NCBI GenBank assembly: GCA_951406725.2
Contig: OX597838.1
Span: forward strand, 7,750,001-7,814,000
Direction: 5' to 3'
Length of the DNA stretch: 64,000 nt
Source: Octopus vulgaris
Lineage: Eukaryota
Of this stretch, positions 1 to 12,546 are shown piece by piece. The notes beneath the pieces are model-generated. The model saw nothing but the letters and a program-made list of their open reading frames with translations, made no database searches and had not been told where the DNA came from. Within the stretch, counting starts at the first letter, position 1. Each line of letters starts with the position of its first letter. The translations under genes were made by a program, and so were the position numbers.

Positions 1-88
1 TTTAGTTGTTTTCGCTCCGGTCTGGGAATTGAAACCGCGATCCTATGACCGCGAGTCCGCTGCTCTAACCACTGGGCCATTGCGCCTC
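1..88 (-). mobile_element. tRNA-derived SINE (family B), head
   Basis: Reverse complement GAGGCGCAATGGCCCAGTGGTTAGAGCAGCGGACTCGCGGTC...GGTTTCAATTCCC has A- and B-box-like motifs and matches the copy at 20701. Confidence 0.8.
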
Positions 89-287
89 CACTACTGGTAC
101 ATAATATTCTGCTGTAGATATTTAACAATTTTGATATCTACAGCATTTTTAGGGACTGTACCTCACAAACTTACATTTAATCATGTATTCATATGTAATA
201 CACATATTTTGTCTTCTATCCCCGGTACTTTTAAGATTTTTCTCATTTCTTTATATTCCAATAATTCTAATTTCTTTGTGATTGCAG

Positions 288-437
288 CAGTGTTTGGTGT
301 TCTGCTATGTTCCCGATGTGACTCTCGAAAGGACTCGTTTTACAAAGAATGTGAACAGACTCCACCGGCACCCAGCCCATGCCCTCAGCACTCTCATAGC
401 CTTTACTGTTCGATTGTAAGAGAAACCGATCCTAACG
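288..437 (+). CDS. Internal coding exon of a Ly6/uPAR (three-finger, Quiver/Sleepless-like) protein: end of signal peptide plus Cys1-Cys5
   Basis: Acceptor tttctttgtgattgCAG|CAG| with CTAAT branch candidate at 267-271; donor AACG|GTGAGT (GT at 438). Translates (x)AVFG-VLLCSRCDSRKDSFYKECEQTPPAPSPCPQHSHSLYCSIVRETDPN-g. Phase 1 at both ends; the CxxC start is typical of LU domains. Confidence 0.85.
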
Positions 438-571
438 GTGAGTAAAGACATATTCCTGGCATTATTGGAACCAATCGGGTGAAATAGTTACATGCAAGAA
501 TATTTATAATTTATAGCTAAGGACTGAGCCACGCACTTTATCGCTTGCGATTCATTACACACACAAGCAAA

Positions 572-612
<41 letters not shown>

Positions 613-870
613 TAATTAAAAAAATGATAATAATCCCTAGATGGAATTTATAACTAACGTAATGCATCACTATATATATATATATATATATATCCATTAC
701 AAGGAAACAACCATCTCTTATAAGGATGTATAACATCCAGTTTTCACTGGTTAACTTGTAATACCCAATATCGTAGAATAAGTTTCCCTAATACGAACGG
801 CTGTATATACACAATATGTAATAATAAAGGGGAACGGAGAGTTTAACCTGATATATGTTAATTTGTTAAC

Positions 871-1196
871 ATATTATTATTATTGTTATTATTATCATTA
901 TTATTATTAGAACTTAGATAAAACTTAGATATGTTTCGACCAGAGATTGGTCCAGGCCATGTCTAACTTAATAGCACCACCTGATAGGATTATTCGAATC
1001 CTGTTTAAGTCAAGTTTTGTTCAAGTAGTGAGTCCTTGTTGGGTGAGTTGTATCCAGTTTTGTTCAAGTAGTGAGTTCTTGTTGGGTGAGTTGTATCCAA
1101 TTATGGGTGGCTTATCTGGTATTCTTTGAAGGAATCTATCCAGACTCTGTTTAAAGTTGATGGGATCCTTTTCCTCTTTGATCTCCCTCGGGACAA

Positions 1197-1200
<4 letters not shown>
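871..1200 (-). mobile_element. LINE 3' fragment (CR1/L2/Crack-like ORF2 C-terminus) with (TAA)n tail
   Basis: Minus strand reads NIVPREIKEEKDPINFKQSLDRFLQRIPDKPPIIGYNSPNKNSLLE (FK..LD.FL..IPD.P motif). Contains a tandem duplication of about 40 bp (1019-1099) and ends in a TAA-repeat tail. Confidence 0.65.
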
Positions 1201-1259
<59 letters not shown>

Positions 1260-1264
1260 GATAT

Positions 1265-1360
1265 AAACCCTACAACTGTTTCGACTCAAGTCCCAAAAAC
1301 TGGAAATTTATAAAAATTCATATTATGGAAGTATTTTGAGTAAGAATCTCATCAGGGTTA
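1265..1360 (-). ncRNA. Type-I hammerhead-ribozyme-like motif with long loop II
   Basis: Minus strand: AACC-CUGAUGA-GAUUC...(about 58 nt)...GAGUC-GAAA-CAGUUG-UA-GGGUU. Canonical core, 5-bp stem II, near-palindromic stem III, GUA triplet, stem I with one bulge. Confidence 0.6.
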
Positions 1361-2192
1361 AACGGGAAGAAAATCACATAAGTTTGAAATCGTAAAACAA
1401 ACTGATTCAATATATGTTTATGTTTGTAAGCGTGAACGCCAATAATTAAATGTTTAGAAAATAATAAAATCATATAGAATAAAGTAAATTTCTGCGCGTT
1501 AGCGTTTTATAACAGAATCAATCCGTTATTAATCTTTTGTCAAACAGTAAGTATTCACTTTCATTTCTATACTGTTAAGAAAATTACTACACGCAGAAGA
1601 AAATTTTCTTAATAATATTACAATTAATATTTTAAATTATACTATAGTCATTATTAATCATTTATTACCCATACTAATGTGTACGTGAAGAATTTAATCA
1701 AAATTTATTTAGTTTTGTTAAAAAGGAAATAAACTCATATAAATATATTATATGTAAGTATCTATACGTTCGGAAGAAATAAAAGAACCGCAAAACACGT
1801 ATTATCATAAAATAAATTTACTAAAAAAAATTTATAAAGGAACCCCATTCTTTAGTATTTTCATAAAAATTTATTCAGAAAAATACCCTAATCCTCATCA
1901 AGCCTACACTTAACAACGTAAACATCTTTTGATTTAGTCTGTTTCAGAATTTCAAACTTCTCATATGTGATTTTCGCCCGAGTTACACTGATGAGACTAT
2001 TTCTCGAAATATTTCCATAATATGGATTTTTATAAATTTGTTGTAGGTTCTTGGGTTTGAATCGAAACAATTGTAGGGATTATATTTATTTTTGTATTAT
2101 AATATTATATGATTAAATTAACATATGCCAGTTTAAATTCTCCATTTTCCTATTATTATCACACATATATATATATATGTGTGTATGTATGT

Positions 2193-2254
<62 letters not shown>

Positions 2255-2261
2255 ATATATA

Positions 2262-2352
2262 TTGGGTCATCCCATAAGTTCTGTGCGATTTTACCTTTTA
2301 TAAAATTGTTTTCTCTATTGAAAATTCGGACAGAACTTATGGGGTAACCTGA
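2262..2352. mobile_element. Tc1/mariner-type MITE (about 90 bp)
   Basis: Imperfect TIRs TTGGGTCATCCCATAAGTTCTGTGCGA / TCGGACAGAACTTATGGGGTAACCTGA, flanked by TA. Confidence 0.75.
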
Positions 2353-2520
2353 TATATATATATATATGTTTGCGACATATTTCAATTTCTAAAGGCAAAT
2401 TCACTTTTGTAACTACGAAATAATTACATCTGCCCAGTGCTGCCCACTATCGTATCAGCAGACGGGTTTCTAGCACTTTCCATTCATTCATTCATACATA
2501 CATACATACACACACACACA

Positions 2521-2790
2521 TCATCATCATCATTGTTTGACCGTGGTCGAGACAATGGAATTTACCATGCTACGCCAGGCTTCACGGTCCATCATGGCAT
2601 TACGGAGGTCCTGTTGTTGGATGCCTGTATCCCTGGAGATTACATCAGGGTAGGAGAGTGCGCGCCCTCTGGTATTGCGAGTAGATGGCTTCCAGAGGAG
2701 GAGAGTAGAAATTACCTCTTTTTCAGCTCTACAACAATGTCCTGCAAACTGGACTCTCTTACCTTTCACAAGAGATGACACAGGTGGTAG
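2521..2790 (-). mobile_element. RTE-type LINE 3' fragment with (TGA)n tail
   Basis: ORF 2530-2814(-): RVQFAGHCCRAEKEVISTLLLWKP...RGR...YPDVISRDTG...LRNAMMDREAWRSMV, a post-RT C-terminus. The stop is followed by TGA repeats. Confidence 0.8.
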
Positions 2791-3137
2791 TTTCCCATAT
2801 ACATATACGCACATCCTGAACTAGAAAGGAAATATTGAGCTGTATCCATTACACATGAGACAAAAGCCGCTGAGACAGAAGTTTCCCACAGTCGTTCTGG
2901 TCAAACAAGGAACACAGTGCTAGAAACGAGACACACAGTATCGGGGCGGTGTTTGAACACGGATCTGCTCGATCAGGGCCAACCACCTGGGGATAATTAT
3001 CGTCATTCAAGCAACAATAACCAGCACTAATACCACCATTGCTGCTGCTGCTACTACTCCTACTGCCTCTCTTCTTTCTTTTTATTCTTCTTCCTCTTCC
3101 TCTTGCTCTTTTTCTTCTCCTTCTTCTACTACTGCTG

Positions 3138-3182
<45 letters not shown>

Positions 3183-3310
3183 TTACTAATACTATAACTG
3201 CTACTACTACATCTATGTATATCATATATATATACAGAAATATATACATATAGAATTATATATATGTTGTCTTTGTGTGTATGTATATGTATATATACAT
3301 GTGTGTATAT

Positions 3311-3368
<58 letters not shown>

Positions 3369-4072
3369 GAAGCGTCGAGTCTGTAATATATATTTTTACA
3401 TATTTATACACACACATACATACATAAATGTGTGTGTGTGTGTGTGCATATATGTATATGGCATTTCATCTTACTATCGTAATTGACTTCCTGTATGAAA
3501 CCAGTTTGCTGTTTTCTATCACGATATTTTGATTATTAATCGATTTTATATCCTGCTCAATCATACGCGAAACTCGCCTCAATAGTACGCATGTGCACTT
3601 TTTATGTGTTCAGCGTAGCAAATGAGAGTTTATATTATCGTCATCAGCGTCATTAACTTGTCTATGTTAATCCGGATTTCCTGTCTCTTAACACGCTATA
3701 TGCACACTTAATCTATGGAGCTTTTCTATCCGAACGATACATGGATCCGATTTATTTCATACCATAAAATATATAATACGCAAGACATGTTATATAATGT
3801 CTACACAACTAAAGAACGTTATCAATAAATCTATCCTTGTATTCGTCAGTTGGTACTGGCATGGCTGTGTGGTTAATAAGTTCGTTTGGTGGACGCGTGA
3901 TTTCCAGTTCGATCTGATTGCGTGGTACCTCGGTCAAACATTTGTTCCTGCAATCTCGCGATTAAATGTACAGAGCAGAATCGTATGTGTACATCGGTGT
4001 GGCTGCGTGGCAAGAACACTTGGTTCCAGGTTCAGTCCGACTGCGTGTAACTGAGAAAAAAGCTTCGGGGCA

Positions 4073-4105
<33 letters not shown>

Positions 4106-4181
4106 TGCATATATATATACACACACACACACACACAGACACGCACACACACACATACACACACACGCGTATGGTTGAGCA

Positions 4182-4230
<49 letters not shown>

Positions 4231-4313
4231 TATATATAAGTAAAATTATTATATTATTTATATCTTAAAAATATTGTTTAAATATTTCTGATTATACTTT
4301 AGATATTCCAATT

Positions 4314-4385
4314 AACCTGAAGATTGACTGTAACCATAATTCGAATTATTACGAATTGTACAGCCATGAAACGATCGTAGTGTTT
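4314..4385 (+). ncRNA. Degenerate hammerhead-like motif
   Basis: AAC-CUGAAGA-UUGACUGUA...AAUUCG(loop)CGAAUU...UACAGCCAU-GAAA-CGAUCG-UA-GUGUU. Stem III is the perfect palindrome ACGAUCGU, but the base of stem II is a U-U mismatch and stem I is weak. Confidence 0.5.
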
Positions 4386-4517
4386 TAATCATTATCTTTT
4401 ATTAAACTTTTAATACTTTTGATATATATTTAAAATAATATAAATTAACTAATTTTATGTATTGGCTTATGTTTTTCATTGTTTGATTTGCCTAGTAGTG
4501 ATTTTATCTCTAATTTA

Positions 4518-4574
<57 letters not shown>

Positions 4575-5196
4575 GGGTGTGAGGTGTGCTTATGTGTGTA
4601 GTCAAACGGCACCCGCTGTTCATGATTTTCCTCTTCTCTATCACTTACCAGTTCCACAAACAATATCGACTAAATAATAATCGATTGAAATAAGAATTAT
4701 ATTCTAAGCAATCGTTTCAAACTTTTGAAAGCAGCACCTCATCAGGGATGGACTCCAGTAAGAGAAATCCCTAAATAAACCGTATTTTCAGTTTTAACAT
4801 TCCCGAATATATAAATAATTCTGTTTATAACGTGTAGTATTATTTATGTTATTTATTTCACCATTTTATTCTAAAGAGAATCTACTCGAAGTTAAAGATT
4901 TGAGAGAATCCACTTGTGGGTTTTTAAAGCTATTTCCCCGAAAGATTTCCTGCACTTATAAATTCTTCCGGTTATTTGAAAGTGTAAAATCGATACTAAA
5001 ACATCTATTAGTGTTTAGATATTTCAATGACGTCATATGATTTATTGTAAAATGATAGGAAAAATAACGTAACAAACCAAGATAATATTAATTAATTGAT
5101 AAATATTGGACGTTTAAAGGTTAATTATGGTCTAGAAACAAAAGGAACACAACTGTGGAAATTAAATGAACTTCCTATAATACAAAATGGAAGTTA

Positions 5197-5368
5197 CAGT
5201 ATTTTTCGGCATAAAAGTCGAACTTTTCAGATACAAATTTTCCGCCAAACAATGTAGGTCGACTTATACCCCGAGACGAATTTTGTAGACCTCAAATATG
5301 GAATGATATTGACGATTTTTGAATATTTACAATATATACAACGTCGATTTGTATGCGGGAGAATAAGG
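5197..5368. mobile_element. Degenerate pogo/Tc2-like MITE
   Basis: TA-CAGTATTTTTCGGCATAAAAGTCGA ... TCGATTTGTATGCGGGAGAATAAGG-TA; the ends match 18/25 as inverted repeats. Confidence 0.5.
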
Positions 5369-5382
5369 TAAAAGTGAAGAAG

Positions 5383-6595
5383 TGGGGTCATTAAGAATGA
5401 AATGCTGGATTTTGAACGGAAAGTTTATATTATCTAAACAAAAAGCAATGCAATTAATCAAAGTATGCACATAAATTATCAACACAGCTTTGCCATTTTA
5501 TCGGTAACTTATTTATGTCGGTAGCGAAGAATTCTGAAGAGCAAGAGGTGATGAAACTACGAAAGGCTGTTTTTGCATCCTCTTCAGATTTGAAGATTTT
5601 TCCTCGCAAAATTAGTCTAATGGAAAACGTGATAGTCAATTGGTGCAAGATCTAGTGAATATGGAGGATGACAGAGTACTTCCAAGTTCACTTCCTGTAA
5701 CTTGAGTAGCGTTCTTTGTGCAACACGTAGTCGAGCATTGTTTTGCAAGAGAATTGGCCTGTTTCTATTGACCAATCTCGTTTATTTAATTGCAAGTTCA
5801 CTCATCATTTCATTCATGTAGTTGATGTATGCATTCGCTATATTGGAGTTACCTGTTCACATGAACCTGTAGTGGATGACACCATCGCTAGACCCCCAAA
5901 CAGAGACGACAAGCCTTTTTGGTGAATCATCTTTTTTGGATTGTGCTTTTGCACTTCGTCTCTATCCAACCACCGTGCAAAACGCTTGCTATTGTTGAAA
6001 AGAATCCATTTTTCATCACACATAACGACACCATGCAAAAATAGTTCACTTTTTTGCCACGACAGCAAAGAACAACATGTTTCAAGGCTATATGTCATTT
6101 GATACTCGTCAGTTCATGTAGTACTCACTTGTCCAGCTTCATGTGATACTCCCTGGCTGACTTGTTTCAGATGGTCCAATACAGTTGGAATGGAAATATC
6201 GAACGTTGCTGCGTAGTTTAAGATGTATCGGCCTCCACTAAAGTTTTCAGCTCATCCTTATCCACCTCAGGACTACAACGGGGCTGCTTTTCAGGAGAAA
6301 AGTCACCAGACCAGAACTTCTCAAACACATCTTCACCAAAAACCCCGTTGATGTTTCAAGCTGTCTGGGATGCATTGGTTCCACGACGTAACTCATATTC
6401 AAAAACAACACGGGTTCACAAAAAATTATTTACAGGAGAAAACTCACAACATATTCAGATGCCAGGAGTTCATTGCGAAAAGTGATGATGTAACTCTTCG
6501 ATGTTGTAAAACAAGGAATTGTCAGAAAACATTAGAGTTAACGACTGTCAAACTAGCTTCATAATAAATCGGACATTTCATTCGTAAGGACCTGA
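5383..6595 (-). mobile_element. Near full-length decayed mariner (DD34D-type) element; transposase pseudogene
   Basis: Minus-strand fragments CDEKWILFNN, HPPYSLDLAPIDYH and KLPIKWQSCVDNLCAYFD, with many frameshifts. Degenerate TIRs GGTCATTAAGAATGAAATG / CATTTCATTCGTAAGGACCTGA-TA. About 1.2 kb, the usual mariner size. Confidence 0.85.
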
Positions 6596-6689
6596 TACAA
6601 TGATAACGTTCAATACTTCACACAGCGATACTCTTCTAAAGGTGATGAACTGCTTCTTTCGTAGGTAAAGTTGGATCCACATAATCTGA

Positions 6690-7230
6690 AATGAATTTCT
6701 CATGCGTGAATTTCTCATGATTCTTTTATTCCCCATTCCTGCCAAAACTAACAAGAGCAGTCTGAAGATCAGTCATTTGGTGCTTCATGTCACATCTCGA
6801 AATTTTCAGGATATATTTTGGTGTAAAGAGAGAATTCTCAAATGTTGCAGTTTTAAGGCAGTATCATGAAACAACGTGTTTAGCGTGAATTGTTGGACGC
6901 AGACCATAAGAGAAATAGATTTTGCATAGTGTAGGCTTTCAGGAAAGCTGGTAGTAGCGTATTATTCAAGAATTTAACCATGAGAACTGCTACAGTATGT
7001 AAGTATGTAGACACAATCAAATCTACTTATAATTCTTCCTCACTCGACTGTTCTTTCGGATTCCTTCTCTGCAAATTGATTCATTCGGTGGACCATGCAT
7101 CAACCTGCCACCTCCATAGGATGTTCTTCCCTTCGATCAGTCGATGAATCATCTGCAATCCCTTTTCCCGGCTTCTATAGTCTTGTGATCATTGAAAAGA
7201 AGCATTCATTTCGCAGATTTTCACCGTGAG
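6690..7230 (-). pseudogene. Possible very decayed pogo/Tigger transposase (CENP-B HTH region)
   Basis: Broken minus-strand peptides ENLRNECF..MI..IADD, AG*CM, LQRR and LLLLVLAGMGNK loosely resemble pogo HTH/DDE motifs; many stops. Confidence 0.25.
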
Positions 7231-7910
7231 GGAATAGAACCTACCAAACTACACGATCATTGCCCATTACTCAGGAAAAAAAACCAACAAAAGCCAAAAC
7301 AATAAATTGTTACATACTGAAAGACAAGCTAAAATAGAATATCGTTTTATTATAGTCGATAAGTCCTTAAACATTTTATTTAAAGCTAAGAACACATAAT
7401 TCAAGGTATGTTTCTTGTTATAAATCAATAGATTTGGACTTCAGAAAGATACACTAACCATCTATTATAAATACATCAGTGTTACGTTGGCTCCATTATT
7501 CCGTTATTGCAAAGTCTGTGTCTCTTTCCAGCAGCGTAATAATAGGAAGAAACTGGCTCTAAATGTAGAGAATACATAATAATAGCCAACAGATTACATT
7601 ACTAGAGTATGAGTGAAGCACAATGGAAGGTTTCTGAGAGCAGGGTTAACGATCTGGTTCAAGGTTTTCAGTAATTTCTCACCTAATTATGTGCTAAAAT
7701 GTCAGAACGCATATTAATTACGAATAGAGAATTCTTAACAGCGATGGATGACAGTGATTTATCTATATATATCTATCAAAATATTTACCTGCTTAGATAT
7801 TTATCAATTTATCACCAATTCTCTCTTTCACTCTCTCACTCTCTCTCTTTCTCTCTCTGTGTATATATATGATATATGTATATATAAATACATACAGATA
7901 CATATACCTA

Positions 7911-7968
<58 letters not shown>

Positions 7969-8050
7969 TATATAAGTTCGTATGTGTGCAAACATATATG
8001 CATAAGCATTTAAATTATATTTACATATATTTAATGTATAATATATATGA

Positions 8051-8097
<47 letters not shown>

Positions 8098-8153
8098 CAT
8101 GTACATACATTTATATAGATATGAGCTATAAATGCATTTATATATACATATAT

Positions 8154-8234
<81 letters not shown>

Positions 8235-8728
8235 CAGATGTGTGTGTGTGTGTGTGTATGATGTTTCATGTAAATTTTCAAGTATGGTACTGAATAAATG
8301 AAACCTAAATATCTATGGGCCTTGAATCGGAAGACGTAAAGCTAAATGAAAAATGATCAGGTTTTAATAATGTTAGCATTGCAAAGAGAGACACCACTGA
8401 GAGTCGCGTACACACACACACACACACACACACACGGGCGCGCATATAAGCACACACACACACACACGCATATGTATAAACACACATACGTGCGCTCCAT
8501 TCAGATATATGCCCAGACACACATACAAACATAATCTTAATCATATATATATATATATCTGCGCAACCACACACACACACACAGAGGGAAAGATAGAGAC
8601 AGATACTAATGAATAAATATGATTATGGTATTTCCATGAGAACTAACATTTCAAACAGGTAAATTCGGTATTCTCAGATCAATCATTTAACCGATCTTTA
8701 ATTGTACAGACGTTTACGCAATATAAAC

Positions 8729-8975
<247 letters not shown>

Positions 8976-8984
8976 ATAATCCTT

Positions 8985-9132
8985 TGCTCTGAAGGCACAA
9001 GGCCTCAAATTTTAGGGGAGGTGACGATTGGAGTAAAATCGACGCCAGTGTTTCACTGGTACTTAATTTATCGACCCCGAAGAGATGAAAAGTAAAGCCA
9101 ACATCGGTGTAATTTCAATCCCTAGGAACGTA
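8985..9132 (-). mobile_element. SINE family C, 3' part
   Basis: CTGGTACTTAATTTATCGACCCCGAAGAGATGAAAAGTAAAG is the reverse complement of the body of the copy at 15004. Confidence 0.7.
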
Positions 9133-9139
9133 AAGTTGG

Positions 9140-9323
9140 ACGAAGAAGAAGAAGGAGGAGGAGAAGAAGAAGAAGAAGAAGAAGAAGAAGAAGAAGAAGG
9201 AGGAGGAGGAGGAGGGGGAGGAGAAGAAGGAGGAGAAGAAGAAGAAGAAGAAGAAGAAGAAAAAGATGATGATGATGATGATGATGAAGGAGAGACAAAA
9301 AAGATGAAGTAAAATAAGAGGAA

Positions 9324-9356
<33 letters not shown>

Positions 9357-9578
9357 AAAGAAGAAGAAGATGATGATGATGATGATGATGATGATGAAAG
9401 AGAGAAGAAAAAAAGATGAACTAAAAGTAGAGGAAGAAGAAGAAGAAGAAGGAGGAGGAGGAGGAGGAGGAGGGGGAGAAGAAGAAGGAAGAGAAGAAGA
9501 AGAAGAAGAAAAAGAAAAAGATGATGATGATGATGATGATGAAGGAGAGACAAAATAGATGAAGTAAAATAAGAGGAA

Positions 9579-9612
<34 letters not shown>

Positions 9613-9813
9613 GAGAAGAAGAAGATGATGATGATGAAAGAGAGAAGAAAAAAAGATGAACTAAAAGTAGAGGAAGAAGAAGAAGAAGAAGGAGGAGGAG
9701 GAGGGGCAGAAGAAGAAGGAGGAGAAGAAGAAGAAGAAGAAGAAGAAAAAGAAAAAGATGATGATGATGATGATGATGATGATGAAGGAGAGACAAAAAA
9801 GATGAAGTAAAAT

Positions 9814-9862
<49 letters not shown>

Positions 9863-9963
9863 AGAAGAAGAAGAAGAAGAAGAAGAAGATGATGATGATG
9901 ATGATGATGAAAGAGAGAAGAAAAAAGATGAACTAAAAGTAGAGGAAGAAGAAGAAGAAGAAG
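9140..9963. repeat. Higher-order purine-rich tandem repeat (units of about 250 bp built from GAA/GGA/GAT)
   Basis: Anchors GATGAAGTAAAATAAGAGG (about 9303, 9558, 9801) and AAAGATGAACTAAAAGTAGAGG (about 9412, 9652, 9924) recur. Confidence 0.9.
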
Positions 9964-10230
9964 GCAATGGCCATTCTATTTTTCTTTACTGCATCTTATT
10001 TTTGTTGTTCCTGTTCTCCTTGTTCGTACCATTCTTATGTGGAATGGATGTACTTGATCATCAATCTTGCGAGTCTGAGAATTTTGTCGTGTGCATCGAT
10101 GCATTACATGGTTCGTCTTATATATTACGGAACATGAAAATGAGAAAAGCAATATATGAACTCGAAACAAAATCGATCACAAATCGATATACGAAAGCAA
10201 TTCTTTTCCGACCCTCTAACGACTTTGCTA

Positions 10231-10640
10231 GCAGGAGTGGCTGTGTGGTAAGTAGCTTGCTAACCAACCACATGGTTCCGGGTTCAGTCCCACTGCGTGG
10301 CATCTTGGGCAAGTGTCTTCAGCTATAGCCCCGGGCCGACCAATGCCTTGTGAGTGGAGTTGGTAGACGGAAACTGAAAGAAGCCTGTCGTATATATGTA
10401 TATATATATATGTATGTGTGTGTGTTTGTGTGTCTGTGTTTGTTCCCCTAGCATTGCTTGACAACCGATGCTGGTGTGTTTACGTCCCCGTCACTTAGCG
10501 GTTCGGCAAAAAGAGACCGATAGAATAAGTACTGGGCTTGCAAAAAGAATAAGTCCCGGGGTCGAGTTGCTCGACTAAAGGCGGTGCTCCAGCATGGCCG
10601 CAGTCAAACGACTGAAACAAGTAAAAGAGTAAAGAGTAAG
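10231..10640 (+). mobile_element. tRNA-derived SINE (family A), full length
   Basis: GCAGGAGTGGCTGTGTGGTAAG...GGTTCAGTCCCACTGCG head, internal (TA)/(TG) tract, tail GAAACAAGTAAAAGAGTAAAGAGT. Near-identical copies at 19495, 23224 and 37034. Confidence 0.9.
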
Positions 10641-11169
10641 AGAGAATCCGTTTCCCACAAGAACTCCGCAGACGAACGCCGCTGATCACCTGCCTCCAGC
10701 ATTCGCTTTCCTGCGTTGCACTTGGTAGTTTTCTCTTCAAAAAATAAAAAAAAGTGTCTGGCAGAGCGATCACTTGGTCAATTATTACATTTATGATTCC
10801 CACGTCAGTATTTGACACCATACTTTCACACTGATACGCGTGCTAATACATGGCTAACAAAAAATATGTATAGACTTGTACCTCTATTCAAACATGTATC
10901 TTTCTACGAAGTCTCTCTCGATCGCGCTCACACAAGTACACTGTCACACGCACGCGCACACCAACGTAGTTCAATATCTATGGCTACCAGTTTCTTAAAT
11001 AAACATACGTCAAATGTTATTTACTTATAGCCATAATGCATATAAATGCAAGCATAACTATAAATCAGGTTGATATGTGTGCATAAATGTGCATATTTAC
11101 AACCATTTATATATGCATCAATACATATCTAGATAGATATATACATATCTATATAAATGTCGTTAGCTA

Positions 11170-11337
11170 CTACACGCATTTTTTTCTCTCCTTGTTTTTT
11201 TCTGTGTATCTTTCTGTGGAAGATCGTAGGCTCGAAACGTTAAAGACTTTTTCTATTCCTGAGCGCTATACTAATATATTTGTTTGTTTGTACACCACCT
11301 GTCTTCGTCATTTGTTTATTTTCGTAAACTTTCCCTT

Positions 11338-11340
<3 letters not shown>
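11170..11340 (+). mobile_element. Short dispersed repeat (Penelope-like terminal type) carrying a CUGUNGA hammerhead-like motif at 11210-11245
   Basis: CTTT-CTGTGGA-A-GATCGTAGGCTC-GAAACGTT-AAAG. Homologous copies at about 25880-26060(+), 29925-30110(-), 36010-36110(+, partial), 44370-44540(-) and 57058-57215(-), mostly next to (TA)n. Confidence 0.65.
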
Positions 11341-11401
<61 letters not shown>

Positions 11402-12378
11402 CAAAACGGAAAATGGAACAAGAACGTAATAGGCGGCAACAAAACTTTCGGACAGTAGGTGTTACAAAAGAGGATGGGAAAAACAAGGACGGATCATTCG
11501 GAGCTTCCAATCTTCAGTCGAGAATCAGATCGTCTTTGCAGTTTCGGCAGATTAATCTCCAGACTGCTCTAATCTGGCCGGCCCCAAGGAAATTTAAGCT
11601 AAGAGTACTAGATTCTTTGGAAGAACGCAAGCGAATGTTTATGAAAAGAAGGACGAAAATAAATAAGTGGAGGAATGGTACTCAATGGCAAATACAAACA
11701 ACAGTTGAGTAGTGACAAATCTTCCAAAGCAGAGCAAGTGACAGTGTGTTGTGAGAAGACACCAGGAATCTGCAGTGACTGTTGTTAATAATTCCATCTA
11801 CGTCAAAGTTAGGCAAACTTGTTTCGTTTATTCATAAAATCGCTACCTTACCGACCTCTAAAGTTCTAAATTAAAATTAAAAAGTGTAATTAAAAATCAA
11901 AATTACTTTATTCAAAAATAATAATTCTATCATGTTTTTTTGTGTCAAAACCGCTTTTTGATAAATATTTAAAGAAATTTCGTGAAAATGCTCGAAGAAA
12001 TTAATAAAAGCCAATAAAATTTCGGTCATATTTTATTGATATAATCAGAATATTTAATGTGAAATATCTGTTTGGTGAATATTAGCCATGGCATCAATAT
12101 TTGGCTGGAAATTAATGAGCTTTAGTTTTAAATTACTGCGCCCTTCCAGATTCAGTCTGCTAATAATTCAGCAACTTAAATGCTTAAGTTTTTTTAGAGG
12201 AGCTTATCGACTCCTTGGATAGCTACATAACTTCTAGGCGCCAATATTGTCCACATTCCGATTCCTCCTATATGTACAGATTTAGTGTTGCTACAGTAAG
12301 TGACTTTCAAACATCTGCCAAACGTAAAACATCCTCTAAGAATTCATAAATTATGAGCATGTATGATAGTCTTTTATT

Positions 12379-12546
12379 AGGAATGAGAACCCAGGTTCGA
12401 AATATCCCCCAAGACACCTGATGAAGCCTGGAGGATATATCAGCCGAAAAGTTGTGTTAACAACAAACAAGATGAGGACAAATATCCGTCGAATATAAAT
12501 AATGTAAATAATGTACATAATTCCTCATCGCTTAAATATAGAACTG
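12379..12546 (+). mobile_element. Short Penelope-like repeat with a degenerate hammerhead at 12413-12458
   Basis: GACAC-CUGAUGA-A-GCCUG-loop-CAGCC-GAAAA-GUU-GUGUU. Stem I is GACAC/GUGUU, stem II has one mismatch, and C15.2 is replaced by A. Confidence 0.55.

Noticed and set aside
29-287. N-terminal part of ORF 29..445
   Set aside because: It starts inside a SINE and runs through intron-like AT-rich sequence; only 288-437 is bounded by splice signals.
925-970. Hairpin GACCA-ATCTC-TGGTC followed by GAAAC on the minus strand, as a hammerhead
   Set aside because: No CUGANGA-like core upstream; more likely a LINE 3'UTR stem-loop.
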